A DNA stretch of 64,000 nt from an uncultured Desulfovibrio sp. (lineage in GTDB: Bacteria; Desulfobacterota; Desulfovibrionia; Desulfovibrionales; Desulfovibrionaceae): contig CALBYZ010000020.1 in NCBI GenBank assembly GCA_937889575.1, positions 51 to 64,050 of the forward strand. Reading direction: 5' to 3'. Shown piece by piece: positions 9,012 to 19,459 of the stretch; the first letter of the stretch is position 1, and each line of letters opens with the position of its first letter. Position numbers and translations under genes: made by a program. The notes beneath the pieces were generated by a model. That model was not told where the DNA came from and searched no databases. It was given only the letters and a program-made list of their open reading frames with translations.

Positions 9012-10592
9012 ATGGTCTACCGCATGCACGCAAACGCCCTGGTCGTGGGCTCGGGACTGGCCGGCCTCACGGCCGCGCTGACGCTGGCCGATCACGGCCT
9101 GGAAGTGATCCTGCTCACCTCCGGCGACGACCTCGACGACGGCAACAGCGCCCTGGCCCAGGGGGGCATCGTCTTTCGCGGCCCGGACGACTCGCCGCAA
9201 CTGCTCGAACGCGACATGCTCACCTGCGGCTGGCGCTACAATTCGCCGCGCGCCGTCAAGTACCTGGCCAAACGCGGCCCGCAGGTGGTCCAGGAGATGC
9301 TCATCGACCGCCTGCAGCTGCCCTTCGACCGCAAGGGCGACGGCTCCGGCTGGCACCTGGGCAAGGAGGGCGGCCACAGCGTGTCGCGCATCCTGCACAT
9401 GGCCGACCGTACCGGGCGCGCCATCATGGAAGGGCTCATGGCCGCGGTCAAGGCCCATCCGAACATCAAGATCCTGGTCAAGCGCACGGCCGTGGACCTG
9501 CTCACCTCACACCACCATGCCACGCTGCTCGAATTCAAGTACCAGCTGCTCAACCAGTGCCTGGGGGCCTACGTCTTAAACGAGGTCTCGGGCCAGGTGG
9601 AGACGATCCTGGCCGACTTCACGGTCCTGGCCACGGGCGGTTGCGGCAGGCTCTTCCTGCACACCTCCAACACCCGTTCCTCCATCGGCTCGGCCCTGGC
9701 CATGGCCTCGCGCGCCTTCGCCAAGGTCATGAACGTGGAGTACGTGCAGTTCCATCCGACCACGCTTTTCCACCGCGCCGACCGGCGGCTGCTCATCACC
9801 GAAGCCCTGCGCGGCGAAGGGGCGCGGCTGGTCAACGACCGGGGCGAGCCGTTCATGACGCGCTACGACCCCCGCGCGGACCTCGCCCCGCGCGACATCG
9901 TCACCCGGGCCATCCTGGCCGAGATGCTCAAGACCGACCACGACTGCGTCTACCTCGACGTGGCCAACTACGTGAAAAACGTGGCGGAACACTTCCCCAC
10001 GGTGTGCAAGGGCTGCCTCGAGCTCGGCATCGACGTCACGAAGCAGCCCATCCCTGTGGTGCCGGCGGCACACTATTTCTGCGGCGGCGTGCTCACGGAC
10101 AACGCCGGCCGCACGACCCTGGAACGGCTCTACGCCGCGGGCGAATGCGCCTGCACCGGCATCCACGGGGCCAACCGCCTGGCGAGCACGTCGCTTCTCG
10201 AGTGCCTGCTGTGGGGCTACAGCGTGGGCCAGGACATCGGCAAGCGGGCGGGGCACAAGGTCACGCTCGGCCGCCGGCTCGTGGACAGCATTCCGGACTG
10301 GGTGAGCCCGGGCTCCAACCAGAACGAGGACCCGGCGCTCATTGCCCAGGACTGGGCCACCATCCGCAACACCATGTGGAACTACGTGGGCATCAACCGC
10401 TCGTCCTCGCGCCTCAAGCGCGCCTTCGAGGATCTGCGCGAGCTCAACAAGCACCTGCACGACTTCTATCGCGAAACGCCGCTTTCCAAGGCCATCGTGG
10501 ACCTGTTCCACGGCTGCCAGGCCGCCTACACCATCACCATCGCGGCCATGCAGAACCGCCGTTCGCTCGGTTGCCACTACCGCATCGACTGA
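9012..10592 (+). CDS. nadB: L-aspartate oxidase
   Basis: VVGSGLAGL, NSALAQGGI, EGGHSVSRILH, QFHPT, LITEALRGEG, LAPRDIV, PAAHYFCGG, GANRLASTSLLE. Confidence 0.95.
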   Translation: MVYRMHANALVVGSGLAGLTAALTLADHGLEVILLTSGDDLDDGNSALAQGGIVFRGPDDSPQLLERDMLTCGWRYNSPRAVKYLAKRGPQVVQEMLIDRLQLPFDRKGDGSGWHLGKEGGHSVSRILHMADRTGRAIMEGLMAAVKAHPNIKILVKRTAVDLLTSHHHATLLEFKYQLLNQCLGAYVLNEVSGQVETILADFTVLATGGCGRLFLHTSNTRSSIGSALAMASRAFAKVMNVEYVQFHPTTLFHRADRRLLITEALRGEGARLVNDRGEPFMTRYDPRADLAPRDIVTRAILAEMLKTDHDCVYLDVANYVKNVAEHFPTVCKGCLELGIDVTKQPIPVVPAAHYFCGGVLTDNAGRTTLERLYAAGECACTGIHGANRLASTSLLECLLWGYSVGQDIGKRAGHKVTLGRRLVDSIPDWVSPGSNQNEDPALIAQDWATIRNTMWNYVGINRSSSRLKRAFEDLRELNKHLHDFYRETPLSKAIVDLFHGCQAAYTITIAAMQNRRSLGCHYRID

Positions 10593-10601
10593 CGCGCCAA
10601 T

Positions 10602-10628
10602 AAAAAAATCCCGGCTCGCACCGGGATT
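10602..10628 (-). terminator. Rho-independent terminator for hisHF (faces convergent nadB)
   Basis: AATCCCGG-6nt-CCGGGATT stem with A7 on + strand, giving a U-tail on the - strand. Confidence 0.65.
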
Positions 10629-10731
10629 CCCCACATCCTCCCCCTTTCGGGGTGGTCCAGGAGGGGCCCTTGCCCCTCCTGGCCGCCGGAGGCATTCTTC
10701 TTATCTTCTCTTGTCTATCTTTTCACTTCTC
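10629..10731. repeat. REP-like intergenic hairpin repeat, copy A
   Basis: CCAGGAGGGGC-CCTT-GCCCCTCCTGG followed by CCGCCGGAGGCA and a pyrimidine tract; its reverse complement shares 23 identical bp with copy B. Confidence 0.75.
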
Positions 10732-11511
10732 TCACCACACCCGCCGCACCTTCACGCCGCGCGCGGCCATGCGGTTCTTGCAGTCTTCGATGGAGTATTC
10801 GCCGTAGTGGACGATGGAGGCGATCAGCGCCGCCGAGGCCTTGCCCACGGTCACGGCGTCGGCCATGTGGTCGGGGTTGCCCGCGCCGCCGGAGGCGATG
10901 ACCGGGATGGTCACGGTTTCGCTTATTAGCCGCGTCAGCGTCAGTTCGTAGCCGGTCTTGGCCCCGTCGGCGTCGATGGAGTTGCAGCAGATCTCGCCGG
11001 CCCCCAGCGCCTCCACGGTCCTGGCCCATTCCACGGCGTCGAGGCCCATGGGCTTGCGCCCGCCGTGGATGACGATCTCGTAGCCGGAGGGAATCTTTTC
11101 GCTGACCGGCACCTGTTTGACGTCCATGCCGACCACCACGCACTGGGAGCCGAACGCGGCCGCGCCCTGGCTGATGATGTCCGGATTCTTCACGGCCGCG
11201 GAGTTGACCGAGATCTTTTCCGCGCCGGCCAGAAGCACCGCGCGCATGTCCTCCACCGTGGAAATGCCGCCGCCCACGGAGAAGGGGATGAAAATCTGGC
11301 TCGCCACCTTGTCCACCACGTCGAGCATGATGCCCCGGCCTTCGCTCGAGGCCGTGATGTCGTAGAAGACGAGTTCGTCGGCGCCGGCCTCGTAGTAGAG
11401 GCGGGCGGTTTCCACCGGGTCGCCGATGTCCACGTTGCCCTTGAACTTGATGCCCTTGGTGAGCTTGCCGTCGCGCACGTCGAGGCAGGGAATGACGCGT
11501 TTGGAGAGCAT
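10732..11511 (-). CDS. hisF: Imidazole glycerol phosphate synthase, cyclase subunit
   Basis: [68 protein letters not shown]. Confidence 0.97.
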   Translation of the reverse strand: MLSKRVIPCLDVRDGKLTKGIKFKGNVDIGDPVETARLYYEAGADELVFYDITASSEGRGIMLDVVDKVASQIFIPFSVGGGISTVEDMRAVLLAGAEKISVNSAAVKNPDIISQGAAAFGSQCVVVGMDVKQVPVSEKIPSGYEIVIHGGRKPMGLDAVEWARTVEALGAGEICCNSIDADGAKTGYELTLTRLISETVTIPVIASGGAGNPDHMADAVTVGKASAALIASIVHYGEYSIEDCKNRMAARGVKVRRVW

Positions 11512-11513
11512 GG

Positions 11514-12146
11514 TTAGCGTGCCTCCTTGCAGTAGGCGGCGAAGTTGGCCAGGAGCGCGAGTCCGGGGCGGCCGCTTTTTTCCGGATGGAACTGCACCGC
11601 CCAAAGCCCCTTGCGGCCGTGGATCGAGCAGAAGGGCAGCCCGTAGTCCGTGACGCCGATGACGTATTCGGCGGCGGGCACCGGGTAGTAGCTGTGCACG
11701 AAATAGAATTCGGCTTCCTTGTCGATGCCGTCGAAGAGCTCGCACGGCCGCGAAAGCGTCACGCGGTTCCAGCCCATGTGCGGGATGCGGATGGGTTCGC
11801 CGTCCTCGTCGGTCAGCGCCGGCGAAAACATGGCGCACTGTCCGGGAATGACGCCGAGGGCCGTGGTGTCGTTTTCCGCGCTGTATTCGAGCAGGATCTG
11901 GCAGCCAACGCAGATGCCGAGCAGCGGCTTGCCGGCGGCCACCTGCGCGGTGAGCAGGGCGTCGAGGCCGGTGGACGTCAGCTCGTGCATGGCCTGGCCG
12001 GCCGCGCCGACGCCGGGAAAGACGATGCCCGCCGCGTCGGCGATCACGGCCGGATCGGCGGTGATGCGGCAGGGGATGCCGAGATGGTCCAGCGCCCGGC
12101 GCACGCTCGTCTGATTGCCGGCCTTGTAATCCAATATGGCAAGCAT
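11514..12146 (-). CDS. hisH: Imidazole glycerol phosphate synthase, glutamine amidotransferase subunit
   Basis: [46 protein letters not shown]. Confidence 0.97.
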   Translation of the reverse strand: MLAILDYKAGNQTSVRRALDHLGIPCRITADPAVIADAAGIVFPGVGAAGQAMHELTSTGLDALLTAQVAAGKPLLGICVGCQILLEYSAENDTTALGVIPGQCAMFSPALTDEDGEPIRIPHMGWNRVTLSRPCELFDGIDKEAEFYFVHSYYPVPAAEYVIGVTDYGLPFCSIHGRKGLWAVQFHPEKSGRPGLALLANFAAYCKEAR

Positions 12147-12167
12147 GCGGTGTAACTCCTTGCGCCT

Positions 12168-12292
12168 TGCCTCCGGCGGCCAGGAGGGGCGTTGCCTCTC
12201 CCGGACCTCTCCGACAGGGGCTCTGCCCCTGCACCCCGCCGGGGGGAGTGATTCCCCCCGGCCTCCCCGAAGGGAAAAGTGGGGGGAGGCCC
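12168..12292. repeat. REP-like intergenic hairpin repeat, copy B (several tandem stems)
   Basis: TGCCTCCGGCGGCCAGGAGGGGCGTTGCC..., CAGGGGC-TCT-GCCCCTG, CCGGGGGGA-GTGAT-TCCCCCCGG. Confidence 0.75.
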
Positions 12293-12394
12293 TTGTGAAA
12301 TGGGTATGCGACGGCGCGAAGCGCCATTTCGCAGGCACCGGTTGTGAACATTTTTGGCGTGTTTGGCAAGGCGGGCGCGTACGGCGCGAAACGC

Positions 12395-14320
12395 CTACTT
12401 CTTGCGTTTGAACATCTTTTCCATTTCGCGAATCGAGAAGCGCACCGTCACCGGCCGGCCGTGCGGGCAGTAGTCGCGTTCCGGGGCCCTCGCCCACTGG
12501 GCGAGCAGCGCCACGGCCTCGTCGTCGGCCAGGCGCGTTCCCGCCTTGACCGCGGTCTTGCAGCTCATGAGGATCCAGAGGTCCTGCAAGGACTTCGATT
12601 GCCCGGACAGGGCGGCGGAGAGGTATTCCCGCGCCTGGCCGAGGGTGAGCCCGGGGGGTGCGCCGGTGATGGCGACGACGCCCGGACGGGGCGTTTCCAG
12701 GATGAAGCCGACGGCGCGCAGTTCGTTGTGCAGCTCGCGCAGCTTCGCCTGCTCGCTCGGGTGCAGCGACGTCTCGACCGGGATGCCCACCGGCCGGCTG
12801 TCGCCGCGCGAGCCCGAGGCCTCCATGGCCGCGTAGATGACGCGCTCGTGGGCGGCGTGCTGGTCCACGAGCACGAGTTCGCGGCCGAGATCCACGAGCA
12901 GGTAGGTGTCGGCGAACTGGCCGAGGTAGCGCAGTCCCGGCGGCAGGGCGGGTTCGATCTCCTCGGGCGCGCGGGCGAAGGCGGGTTCGGGCGCTTCCTC
13001 CGCTTCGGGCGTTTCGGCGCGTGCGTGGCGTTCCACGGCCGGGGGCGCGAAATGGCGCACCGGCGCGGGCTGGCCCTGGCGGCGGTTGTCGGCGGCGGCG
13101 CGAGCCGGCGTCGGGGCCGGGGCGGACCGGTCCGGACGGGACGCGTACGCCGGCGGGGCTTCGCGCACGGCCTCGCCCATGGGCACGGTCTGCGTCGGCA
13201 TCGGCGCGTCGGCGCGCACGAGTTCGTCCAGGAAATCGCGGCGGGCGGGGAATTTCGGCGGCTCGCCGTCCGTTTTCACCCAGGGCTCGGGCGCGGGCAC
13301 GGTGCGCAGCACGAGCGCCTTGTCCAGGGCCTGGCCCACGGCGCGGCGCAGGTTGACGAACACGGCCTGCTCGTCGCGAAAGCGCACCTCGGTCTTGGCC
13401 GGATGCACGTTGACGTCCACATCCTCGGCGGGAATCTCCAGGAAGATGACGCATTGCGGGTATTCCCGCGCGAGCAGCCGGCCCTTGTAGGCCTCGCGCA
13501 CGGCGGACAGCAGCACCCGGTCGAGCACGGCGCGGCCGTTGACGTAGAAAAGCATGCGGTCGGCCCGCGCCTGGGCCTTGAGCGGCTTGCCGAGGACGCC
13601 GTGGATGCGGATGGGGCCGAGCGCGTATTCCATCTCGAACAGGTCGTCGGTCACGGCCGGCGGCCACATGCCGCCAAGCCGCGCGGTCAGGTTCTGGCCC
13701 GCCGGGAAACGCAGCGCCGTGCGCCCGCCCACGGACAGCTTGAGCGCCACGTCCAGGCGCGCCAGCGCCGCGCGGCAGAAAAGCTCCGAAGCCCGCTTGG
13801 TCTCCACGGCCTCGGATTTGAGGAATTTGAGCCGCGCCGGCACCGCGGCGAAAAGGTCGCGCACCTCGATGCGCGTGCCGCGCGGCATGGCCGCCGGGCC
13901 GCGCTCGGCGATGCGGCCGTTTTCCACGCGCAAGAACGCGCCCTCGTCAAACGCTTCGTGGCGCGAGGTGATGATGCAACTGGAGACCGAGGCGATGCTC
14001 GGCAAGGCCTCGCCGCGAAAACCGAAGCTCTCGATGCCCGACAGTTCGTCCATGGAGGCGATCTTGCTCGTGGCGTGGCGCGTGACGGCCAGCGGCAGCT
14101 CCTCGGGCGTCATGCCCCAGCCGTCGTCGGCGACGGTGAGCAGCGTCCGGCCGCCGCCTTCGATGGCCACCTCGATGCGCGTGGACCCGGCGTCGAGGCT
14201 GTTTTCCACGAGTTCCTTGAGTACGCTCGCCGGCCGTTCGACCACTTCGCCGGCGGCGATCTGGTTTTGCAGTTCCGGCGGCAGGACGCGGATGGTGCGA
14301 TGCTTGATGGCGCGAGTCAT
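12395..14320 (-). CDS. mutL: DNA mismatch repair endonuclease MutL
   Basis: [75 protein letters not shown]. Confidence 0.97.
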   Translation of the reverse strand: MTRAIKHRTIRVLPPELQNQIAAGEVVERPASVLKELVENSLDAGSTRIEVAIEGGGRTLLTVADDGWGMTPEELPLAVTRHATSKIASMDELSGIESFGFRGEALPSIASVSSCIITSRHEAFDEGAFLRVENGRIAERGPAAMPRGTRIEVRDLFAAVPARLKFLKSEAVETKRASELFCRAALARLDVALKLSVGGRTALRFPAGQNLTARLGGMWPPAVTDDLFEMEYALGPIRIHGVLGKPLKAQARADRMLFYVNGRAVLDRVLLSAVREAYKGRLLAREYPQCVIFLEIPAEDVDVNVHPAKTEVRFRDEQAVFVNLRRAVGQALDKALVLRTVPAPEPWVKTDGEPPKFPARRDFLDELVRADAPMPTQTVPMGEAVREAPPAYASRPDRSAPAPTPARAAADNRRQGQPAPVRHFAPPAVERHARAETPEAEEAPEPAFARAPEEIEPALPPGLRYLGQFADTYLLVDLGRELVLVDQHAAHERVIYAAMEASGSRGDSRPVGIPVETSLHPSEQAKLRELHNELRAVGFILETPRPGVVAITGAPPGLTLGQAREYLSAALSGQSKSLQDLWILMSCKTAVKAGTRLADDEAVALLAQWARAPERDYCPHGRPVTVRFSIREMEKMFKRKK

Positions 14321-14431
14321 GTTCCCGAGCATACGCCAACTCCAAAACGGACGCCAGCGGACCCAAGCGGCTGGAAAAGCGGACCCGGGAGGCGTAGGGA
14401 TTCCCAGCGGCACAATCCAAGGAGGCCCGTC

Positions 14432-15553
14432 ATGCCCATTGCCCACAACTACCTGCGCACCCGGGTGCGCCTGTCCCATATCGTCGCCAACTACGAGCTG
14501 CTGTGCGGTTACGGCGGCCACGTCCTGGCCGTGGTCAAGGCCGACGCCTACGGGCACGGCCTGGTCGAGACGGCCGCGGCCCTGGAGGCGGCCGGCTGCG
14601 ACGCCTTCGCCATCGGCTCCGTGGCCGAGGGCGCGGCGCTTCGCGACTGCGGCTCGCGCGGGGCGATCATTTCCCTGCTCGGCCCGGTCCTGCCCGAGGA
14701 CGACGCCCTGGCGCTTGAAAAGGACGTGGTGCCGTTCATCCACGATTTCGACCAGCTCGACCGCCTGGCCAGGGCGGCGGCCAAGGCCGGCAGGAAGGCC
14801 AGGGTGGCGCTCAAGTTCGACACGGGCATGGCGCGGCTGGGGTTCAGCGAAAAGGACGTGCCGCATCTTCTGGCGCACCTCGGCGAGCGGCCCGCCATCG
14901 AACCGGTCATGGTCAGCTCGCACCTGGCCACGGCCGACGACCCCACGGCCTTCGACTACGTGAGCGCGCAAGGCGGCCGCTTCGCGCGCATCTGCCAGGC
15001 GCTGCGCCACGGCGGGCTCACCTTCGAGGCCTCGCTTTGCAACAGCGCCGGCATCCTGGCCCATGCCGGGGAATTCGGCTTCGACGCCCGCCGCGCCGGC
15101 ATCGCGCTCTACGGCGTCAACCCCTTCCAGGGCACGGACCGCGAACAGCTGGGCGTTGGCCTGCTGCCGGCGATGGAAACCACGACCCGCATCGTCTCGG
15201 TCCACGACCTGCCGCGCGGGGCCTCCATCAGCTACGGCCGGACGTTCATCGCCGAGCGCGACATGCGCGTGGCCATCGTGGCGGCGGGCTATGCCGACGC
15301 CTACAGCCGGGGGCTGTCCAACAAGGGCTTCATGTGCCTTTCGGGCCGGCGCGTGCCGATCCTCGGCCGGGTGTGCATGCAGCTGACCGCCGTGGACGTT
15401 TCGGGGCTCGAGCCCGCGCCCGGCGACCTGATCCACCTGCTTGGCGGCGACGGCCCCGGCGCGGTGACCGCCGACGACCTCGCCCTGTGGTGGGAGACCA
15501 TCCCCTATGAGGTGTTCTGCCTGTTCGGGCTCAATCCCCGCGAATATTGCTGA
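14432..15553 (+). CDS. alr: Alanine racemase
   Basis: AVVKADAYGHG PLP-lysine motif, KFDTGMARLG, ISYGRT, GYADAY, GRVCMQ, TIPYEV; GGAGG RBS. Confidence 0.97.
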   Translation: MPIAHNYLRTRVRLSHIVANYELLCGYGGHVLAVVKADAYGHGLVETAAALEAAGCDAFAIGSVAEGAALRDCGSRGAIISLLGPVLPEDDALALEKDVVPFIHDFDQLDRLARAAAKAGRKARVALKFDTGMARLGFSEKDVPHLLAHLGERPAIEPVMVSSHLATADDPTAFDYVSAQGGRFARICQALRHGGLTFEASLCNSAGILAHAGEFGFDARRAGIALYGVNPFQGTDREQLGVGLLPAMETTTRIVSVHDLPRGASISYGRTFIAERDMRVAIVAAGYADAYSRGLSNKGFMCLSGRRVPILGRVCMQLTAVDVSGLEPAPGDLIHLLGGDGPGAVTADDLALWWETIPYEVFCLFGLNPREYC

Positions 15554-15742
15554 GTGTTCCGTGTCTGGCGACAGCGCCGGACCCTTATTGCATTATAGAC
15601 TGAATAAGTATGATTTTCCCCTGGCCACGGCGCTGCGGCGACCTTATGTACCATGCAAGGCCCGGCGTTCGCCGGCCGAGAGTCTCCAGGACGGCGGACC
15701 GGCGAATCTCCTGCGAGACGCTTTGCCAGAGGAGAACATACC

Positions 15743-17155
15743 ATGGAAACAGCCCGCAAGGCCGACCGCGCCATTCGCGGCATGTTTTTCGACCTCATAG
15801 ACGATCCCTGGAAATATGCGGACAAGGAACACGAGGCGGCCCGATTTCATCCGGACGGACTCCTGGTCGTCGCGGGCGGGAAGATCGTCGACTTCGGTCC
15901 CTATGATGCGGTTGCGCCGCGCCATCCCGGCGTGGAAACCGTGCACCTCGAAAACCGGCTCATCCTGCCGGGATTTATCGACGGCCATATCCACTTCCCC
16001 CAGGTGCGCGTGCTCGGCGCGTACGGCAACCAGTTGCTGGACTGGTTGCAGAAGTGGATCTTTCCCGAGGAGCTCAAGTACAGCGACCGCGGCTACGCCC
16101 GCGAGGCGGCGGGAAAGTTCTTCGACGCCCTGCTCGCCGCCGGCACCACGACCTGCCAGGCGTTCACCACCAGCAGCCCCGTTTCCACCGAGGAGTTCTT
16201 CGAGGAGGCGACGCGGCGCAACATGCGCGTCATCTCGGGCCTAACCGGCGTGGACCGCTTCGCGCCCAAGGAATTCCTCATTTCCCCGGACGACTTCTAC
16301 CGCGAGTCCAAGCGGCTCATCGAACGCTACCACCGCAAGGGCCGCAACCTCTACGCCATCACGCCGCGCTTCGCCGTGGGCTGCAGCGGCGAGATGATGG
16401 ACCGCTGCCGCCAGCTCAAGGAGGAGCATCCCGACTGCTGGGTCAACACCCACATCTCGGAAAACCCCTCGGAAGTGCGCACGGCCAAGGAGCATTTCCC
16501 GGACTGCGCGGACTACACGCAGGTGCACGAACGCCACGGCCTGCTTGGCCCAAAGTTCACGGCCGGGCACGGCATCTGGCTCTCGGGCGACGAGATGCGG
16601 CGGTTTTCCAAGGCCGGCGCGGCCGTGGCCTTCTGTCCGCTGTCCAACCTGTTCCTCGGCAGCGGCCTGTTCCGCCTGGGCCGGGCCAAGGACCCCGAGC
16701 ATCCGGTGCGCCTGACGCTCGGCAGCGACATGGGCGGCGGCAACGCCTTCTCCCTCGTGCGCGTGATGGAGGAAGCCTACAAGGTCGGCATGTGCAACAA
16801 CACCATGCTCGACGGCTCCGTCGATCCGCGCGCCCAGGACCTGGCCGAGGCCGACCGCAACAAGCTTTCGCCCTACCGCGCCTACTACATGGCGACCCTC
16901 GGCGGCGCGCACGCCCTGTACCTCGACGACCTCCTCGGCAATTTCGAGCCGGGCAAGGAAGCCGATTTCGTGGCGCTGGACTGGAACGCCGGCCAGGCGG
17001 CCATGGCCTGGCATCAGTCCCTGGCCGCAGGCGAGGCCGGGCCGCGCACCATCGACGAGGCGGCCCAGCTGCTTTTCGCCGTCATGGCCGTGGGCGACGA
17101 CCGCAACGTGGACGAGACCTGGATCGCCGGCGAACGCGCCTACAAGAAGGCCTGA
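15743..17155 (+). CDS. guaD: Guanine deaminase (amidohydrolase superfamily)
   Basis: PGFIDGHIHFPQ, YGNQLLDWL, AITPRFA, THISEN, AHG-like GHG, CPLSNLFLGSG, GSDMGGG, GKEADF. Confidence 0.9.
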   Translation: METARKADRAIRGMFFDLIDDPWKYADKEHEAARFHPDGLLVVAGGKIVDFGPYDAVAPRHPGVETVHLENRLILPGFIDGHIHFPQVRVLGAYGNQLLDWLQKWIFPEELKYSDRGYAREAAGKFFDALLAAGTTTCQAFTTSSPVSTEEFFEEATRRNMRVISGLTGVDRFAPKEFLISPDDFYRESKRLIERYHRKGRNLYAITPRFAVGCSGEMMDRCRQLKEEHPDCWVNTHISENPSEVRTAKEHFPDCADYTQVHERHGLLGPKFTAGHGIWLSGDEMRRFSKAGAAVAFCPLSNLFLGSGLFRLGRAKDPEHPVRLTLGSDMGGGNAFSLVRVMEEAYKVGMCNNTMLDGSVDPRAQDLAEADRNKLSPYRAYYMATLGGAHALYLDDLLGNFEPGKEADFVALDWNAGQAAMAWHQSLAAGEAGPRTIDEAAQLLFAVMAVGDDRNVDETWIAGERAYKKA

Positions 17156-17240
17156 GGCGCGGGCGGGGGACGCCTTGAGTGGCCACGCGTGGCCGTTTGG
17201 CGTCCCCGCCGGCATCGACAGGCAGTGCAAGGAGGCGGCC

Positions 17241-17888
17241 ATGGAAGTGCGCATCGCACGGGCTTCGGCCGTGGTGTCCCAGCGGGTGCCGCCGGAGCGC
17301 GAAGAGTGGTTTCTGGCCTGGCAACGGGGCGTCTCGGCCGCGGCCGAGACCTTTGCGGGATTTCGCGGCACCGACGTCTTTCCGCCGGCGGCCGGGGCGG
17401 GGGAGCAGTGGATCACGGTGATCCATTTCGATGCGCCGGACCAGCTCGAGGCCTGGCTCGCCTCGCCGGTGCGGGCGCAGTGGGTGGAAAAGCTGCGGGC
17501 GCACGTCGGCGATTTCGATCTGGCGTCGTTTTCCCGGGGCTTCGGGCCGTGGTTTTCCTGTCTGCGCGACGGGGCCGACCATGACGCGCCGCCGGGCTGG
17601 AAGATGGCGCTTGTCGTGCTGCTCGGGCTTTACCCCACGGTCATGTGCCTGACCCTTTTCCCGGGGCCGTTTCTTTCGCCGCTGGGCCTCGCGCTCTCGA
17701 TGCTCCTCGGCAACGCCATGAGCATCGGCATCCTGCAATGGGGCGTGATGCCGCTTCTCAACGTCGGCTTCGGCCGCTGGCTCACGGCCTCCGGGCCGGC
17801 CGGGCGCCGCACGACCGTTCGGGGCGTTGCGGTCATCGCCGCGCTGCTTGGCGGGCTGGTGCTCTTTTTCCGGGCGGTTGCGGGGTAG
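17241..17888 (+). CDS. ABM-like (dimeric alpha/beta barrel) domain fused to three predicted TM helices
   Basis: N-terminal VVSQRV...FLAWQ...FAGFRG.DV...VIHFD...LEAWLAS..R; C-terminal PPGWKMALVVLLGLYP and two more hydrophobic helices; AAGGAGG RBS. Confidence 0.7.
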   Translation: MEVRIARASAVVSQRVPPEREEWFLAWQRGVSAAAETFAGFRGTDVFPPAAGAGEQWITVIHFDAPDQLEAWLASPVRAQWVEKLRAHVGDFDLASFSRGFGPWFSCLRDGADHDAPPGWKMALVVLLGLYPTVMCLTLFPGPFLSPLGLALSMLLGNAMSIGILQWGVMPLLNVGFGRWLTASGPAGRRTTVRGVAVIAALLGGLVLFFRAVAG

Positions 17889-17911
17889 GGGGCATCCCGT
17901 CCCGGCGGGGC

Positions 17912-19330
17912 TTACGCCCGCGTCGGGATGCCGTGGATGCGCAGGTAGCGGTAGAGGCTTTGCTTGCCCAGTTCCGACAGCTCGCAGGCCTTGTGGATGT
18001 CGCCGCCGGTCTGCTGCATGAGGGCCTTGAAATAGCGGAACTCGGTGTCCTTCTTGTAGGCGTCGAAGGGGGTAAGCGCCATTTCCGCGGCAGCGGCGGC
18101 CGGCTCCGCGCCCTGCGCCGGTTCCAGTTCCTGGCCGTTGCCGTTTTCCTGGCGCTTGCCGCTCATGATGCGGATGCGCACCTCGGGCGGCAGGTGCTTG
18201 GGATACAGCGTCGGCTCGAACTGGGCGCGCACGATGATGTTTTCCATGAGGTTGACCAGTTCGCGCACGTTGCCCGGCCAGTCGTATTCCTGCAGGCTGT
18301 CCAGGAACTCCGGGGAAAAGCCCTTGAGCGGCACCTTGTACTTCTTGCAGTAGGCGTTCATGTAGTGGATGGCCAGCTCGCGGATGTCCTCGCCGCGTTC
18401 GCGCAGCGGCGGAATGTGGATGTGCATGGTGCGCAGGCGAAAAAGCAGGTCGTTGCGGAAACCGCCGGCTGCGACCAGGGCTTCGAGGTCCTTGTTGGTG
18501 GCGGCCACGAGCCGGAAGTCGCTCGTTTCCTCCTCCTTGGCCCCGACCGGGCGGAAGCGGCGTTCCTGGAGCACGCGCAGGAAGGCCTTTTGCTGGGAAA
18601 AGGGCAACTCGCCCACTTCGTCGAGAAAAAGCGTCCCCTTGTCCGCCTGCTTGATGAGCCCTTCCTGTTTTTTCTCCGCACCGGTGAACGCCCCCTTGGC
18701 GTGGCCGAAGAGCACCGATTCGATGAGCGTTTCCGTGAGGCTCGAGCAGTCCACCACGACGAAGGGGCCTTCGGCCCGGTCGCTGTTGTCGTGGATGGCG
18801 CGGGCGAAGAGTTCCTTGCCCGTGCCGGTCTCGCCGGTGATGAGCGTGTTGGCGTCGGCGTTGGCGGCCTGCGCCACGAGATCGAGGCAGCTGGCCACGC
18901 GCTGGCTGTTGCCGATGATGCCTTCGCGCTTTAAGGCCACCGCCGGCGGACGGTTGGCGAACTTTTCCTTGCGGTATTGCAGGGCGCGAATGAGCGGCAG
19001 GGTCATGGTCTCTGCCGTGGCCGGCTTTTCGATGTAGTCCCAGGCGCCGTTTTTGATGGCCAGTTCCGCGCCGTTGGGGTAGCTCGCTCCCGTGAAGATG
19101 ATGACTTCCGGGGCCTTGTCGCGCTCGATGATCTTGGGGATGGAGAGGAGGCCGTTGCCGTCGGGCAGGTCCACGTCGAGGTAGACGACGTCGTAGACGT
19201 CGTTGTCCAGGGCGTCGAGCCCCTTGGTCAGGCTCGGGCGCGTCTCGACCTCGTGCCCCATGCCTTCGATGACCAGCCTGCACACCTCGCGGATGTGGGT
19301 GTCGTCGTCGATCACCAGAATCTTCGCCAT
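17912..19330 (-). CDS. Sigma54-dependent response regulator (REC-AAA+-HTH)
   Basis: ILVIDDD, LDVDLPDGNG, GETGTGKE, LFGHAKGAFTGA, FLDEVGE, YDWPGNVREL. Confidence 0.95.
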   Translation of the reverse strand: MAKILVIDDDTHIREVCRLVIEGMGHEVETRPSLTKGLDALDNDVYDVVYLDVDLPDGNGLLSIPKIIERDKAPEVIIFTGASYPNGAELAIKNGAWDYIEKPATAETMTLPLIRALQYRKEKFANRPPAVALKREGIIGNSQRVASCLDLVAQAANADANTLITGETGTGKELFARAIHDNSDRAEGPFVVVDCSSLTETLIESVLFGHAKGAFTGAEKKQEGLIKQADKGTLFLDEVGELPFSQQKAFLRVLQERRFRPVGAKEEETSDFRLVAATNKDLEALVAAGGFRNDLLFRLRTMHIHIPPLRERGEDIRELAIHYMNAYCKKYKVPLKGFSPEFLDSLQEYDWPGNVRELVNLMENIIVRAQFEPTLYPKHLPPEVRIRIMSGKRQENGNGQELEPAQGAEPAAAAAEMALTPFDAYKKDTEFRYFKALMQQTGGDIHKACELSELGKQSLYRYLRIHGIPTRA

Positions 19331-19459
19331 CTCGCCTCCCTTGTGTCCCCCGACACACGGGAATGTGTAAGGGGAAGCGCCGTTTTTGTCGAGACGCGGC
19401 GGCCGCGGCGTTTGACGCCTGCCTGGGGGATTCGTAAAGTCGCATAAAGGAGGGCGGAC

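Noticed and set aside
12292-12360. TTGTGAA Rex-like half-sites (also TTCACAA near 4515)
   Set aside because: None has the complementary half at the right spacing
12147-12394. Possible His leader peptide upstream of hisHF
   Set aside because: No His codon run or terminator; the region is occupied by repeat copy B
14365-14401. GGCTG...GACCC...GGCGTAGGGA upstream of alr, resembling TPP riboswitch ends; CCCGGGAGG resembling the ykkC 3' end
   Set aside because: Core CTGAGA and GAACCTGATC (TPP) and the ykkC 5' elements are missing; gene context does not fit
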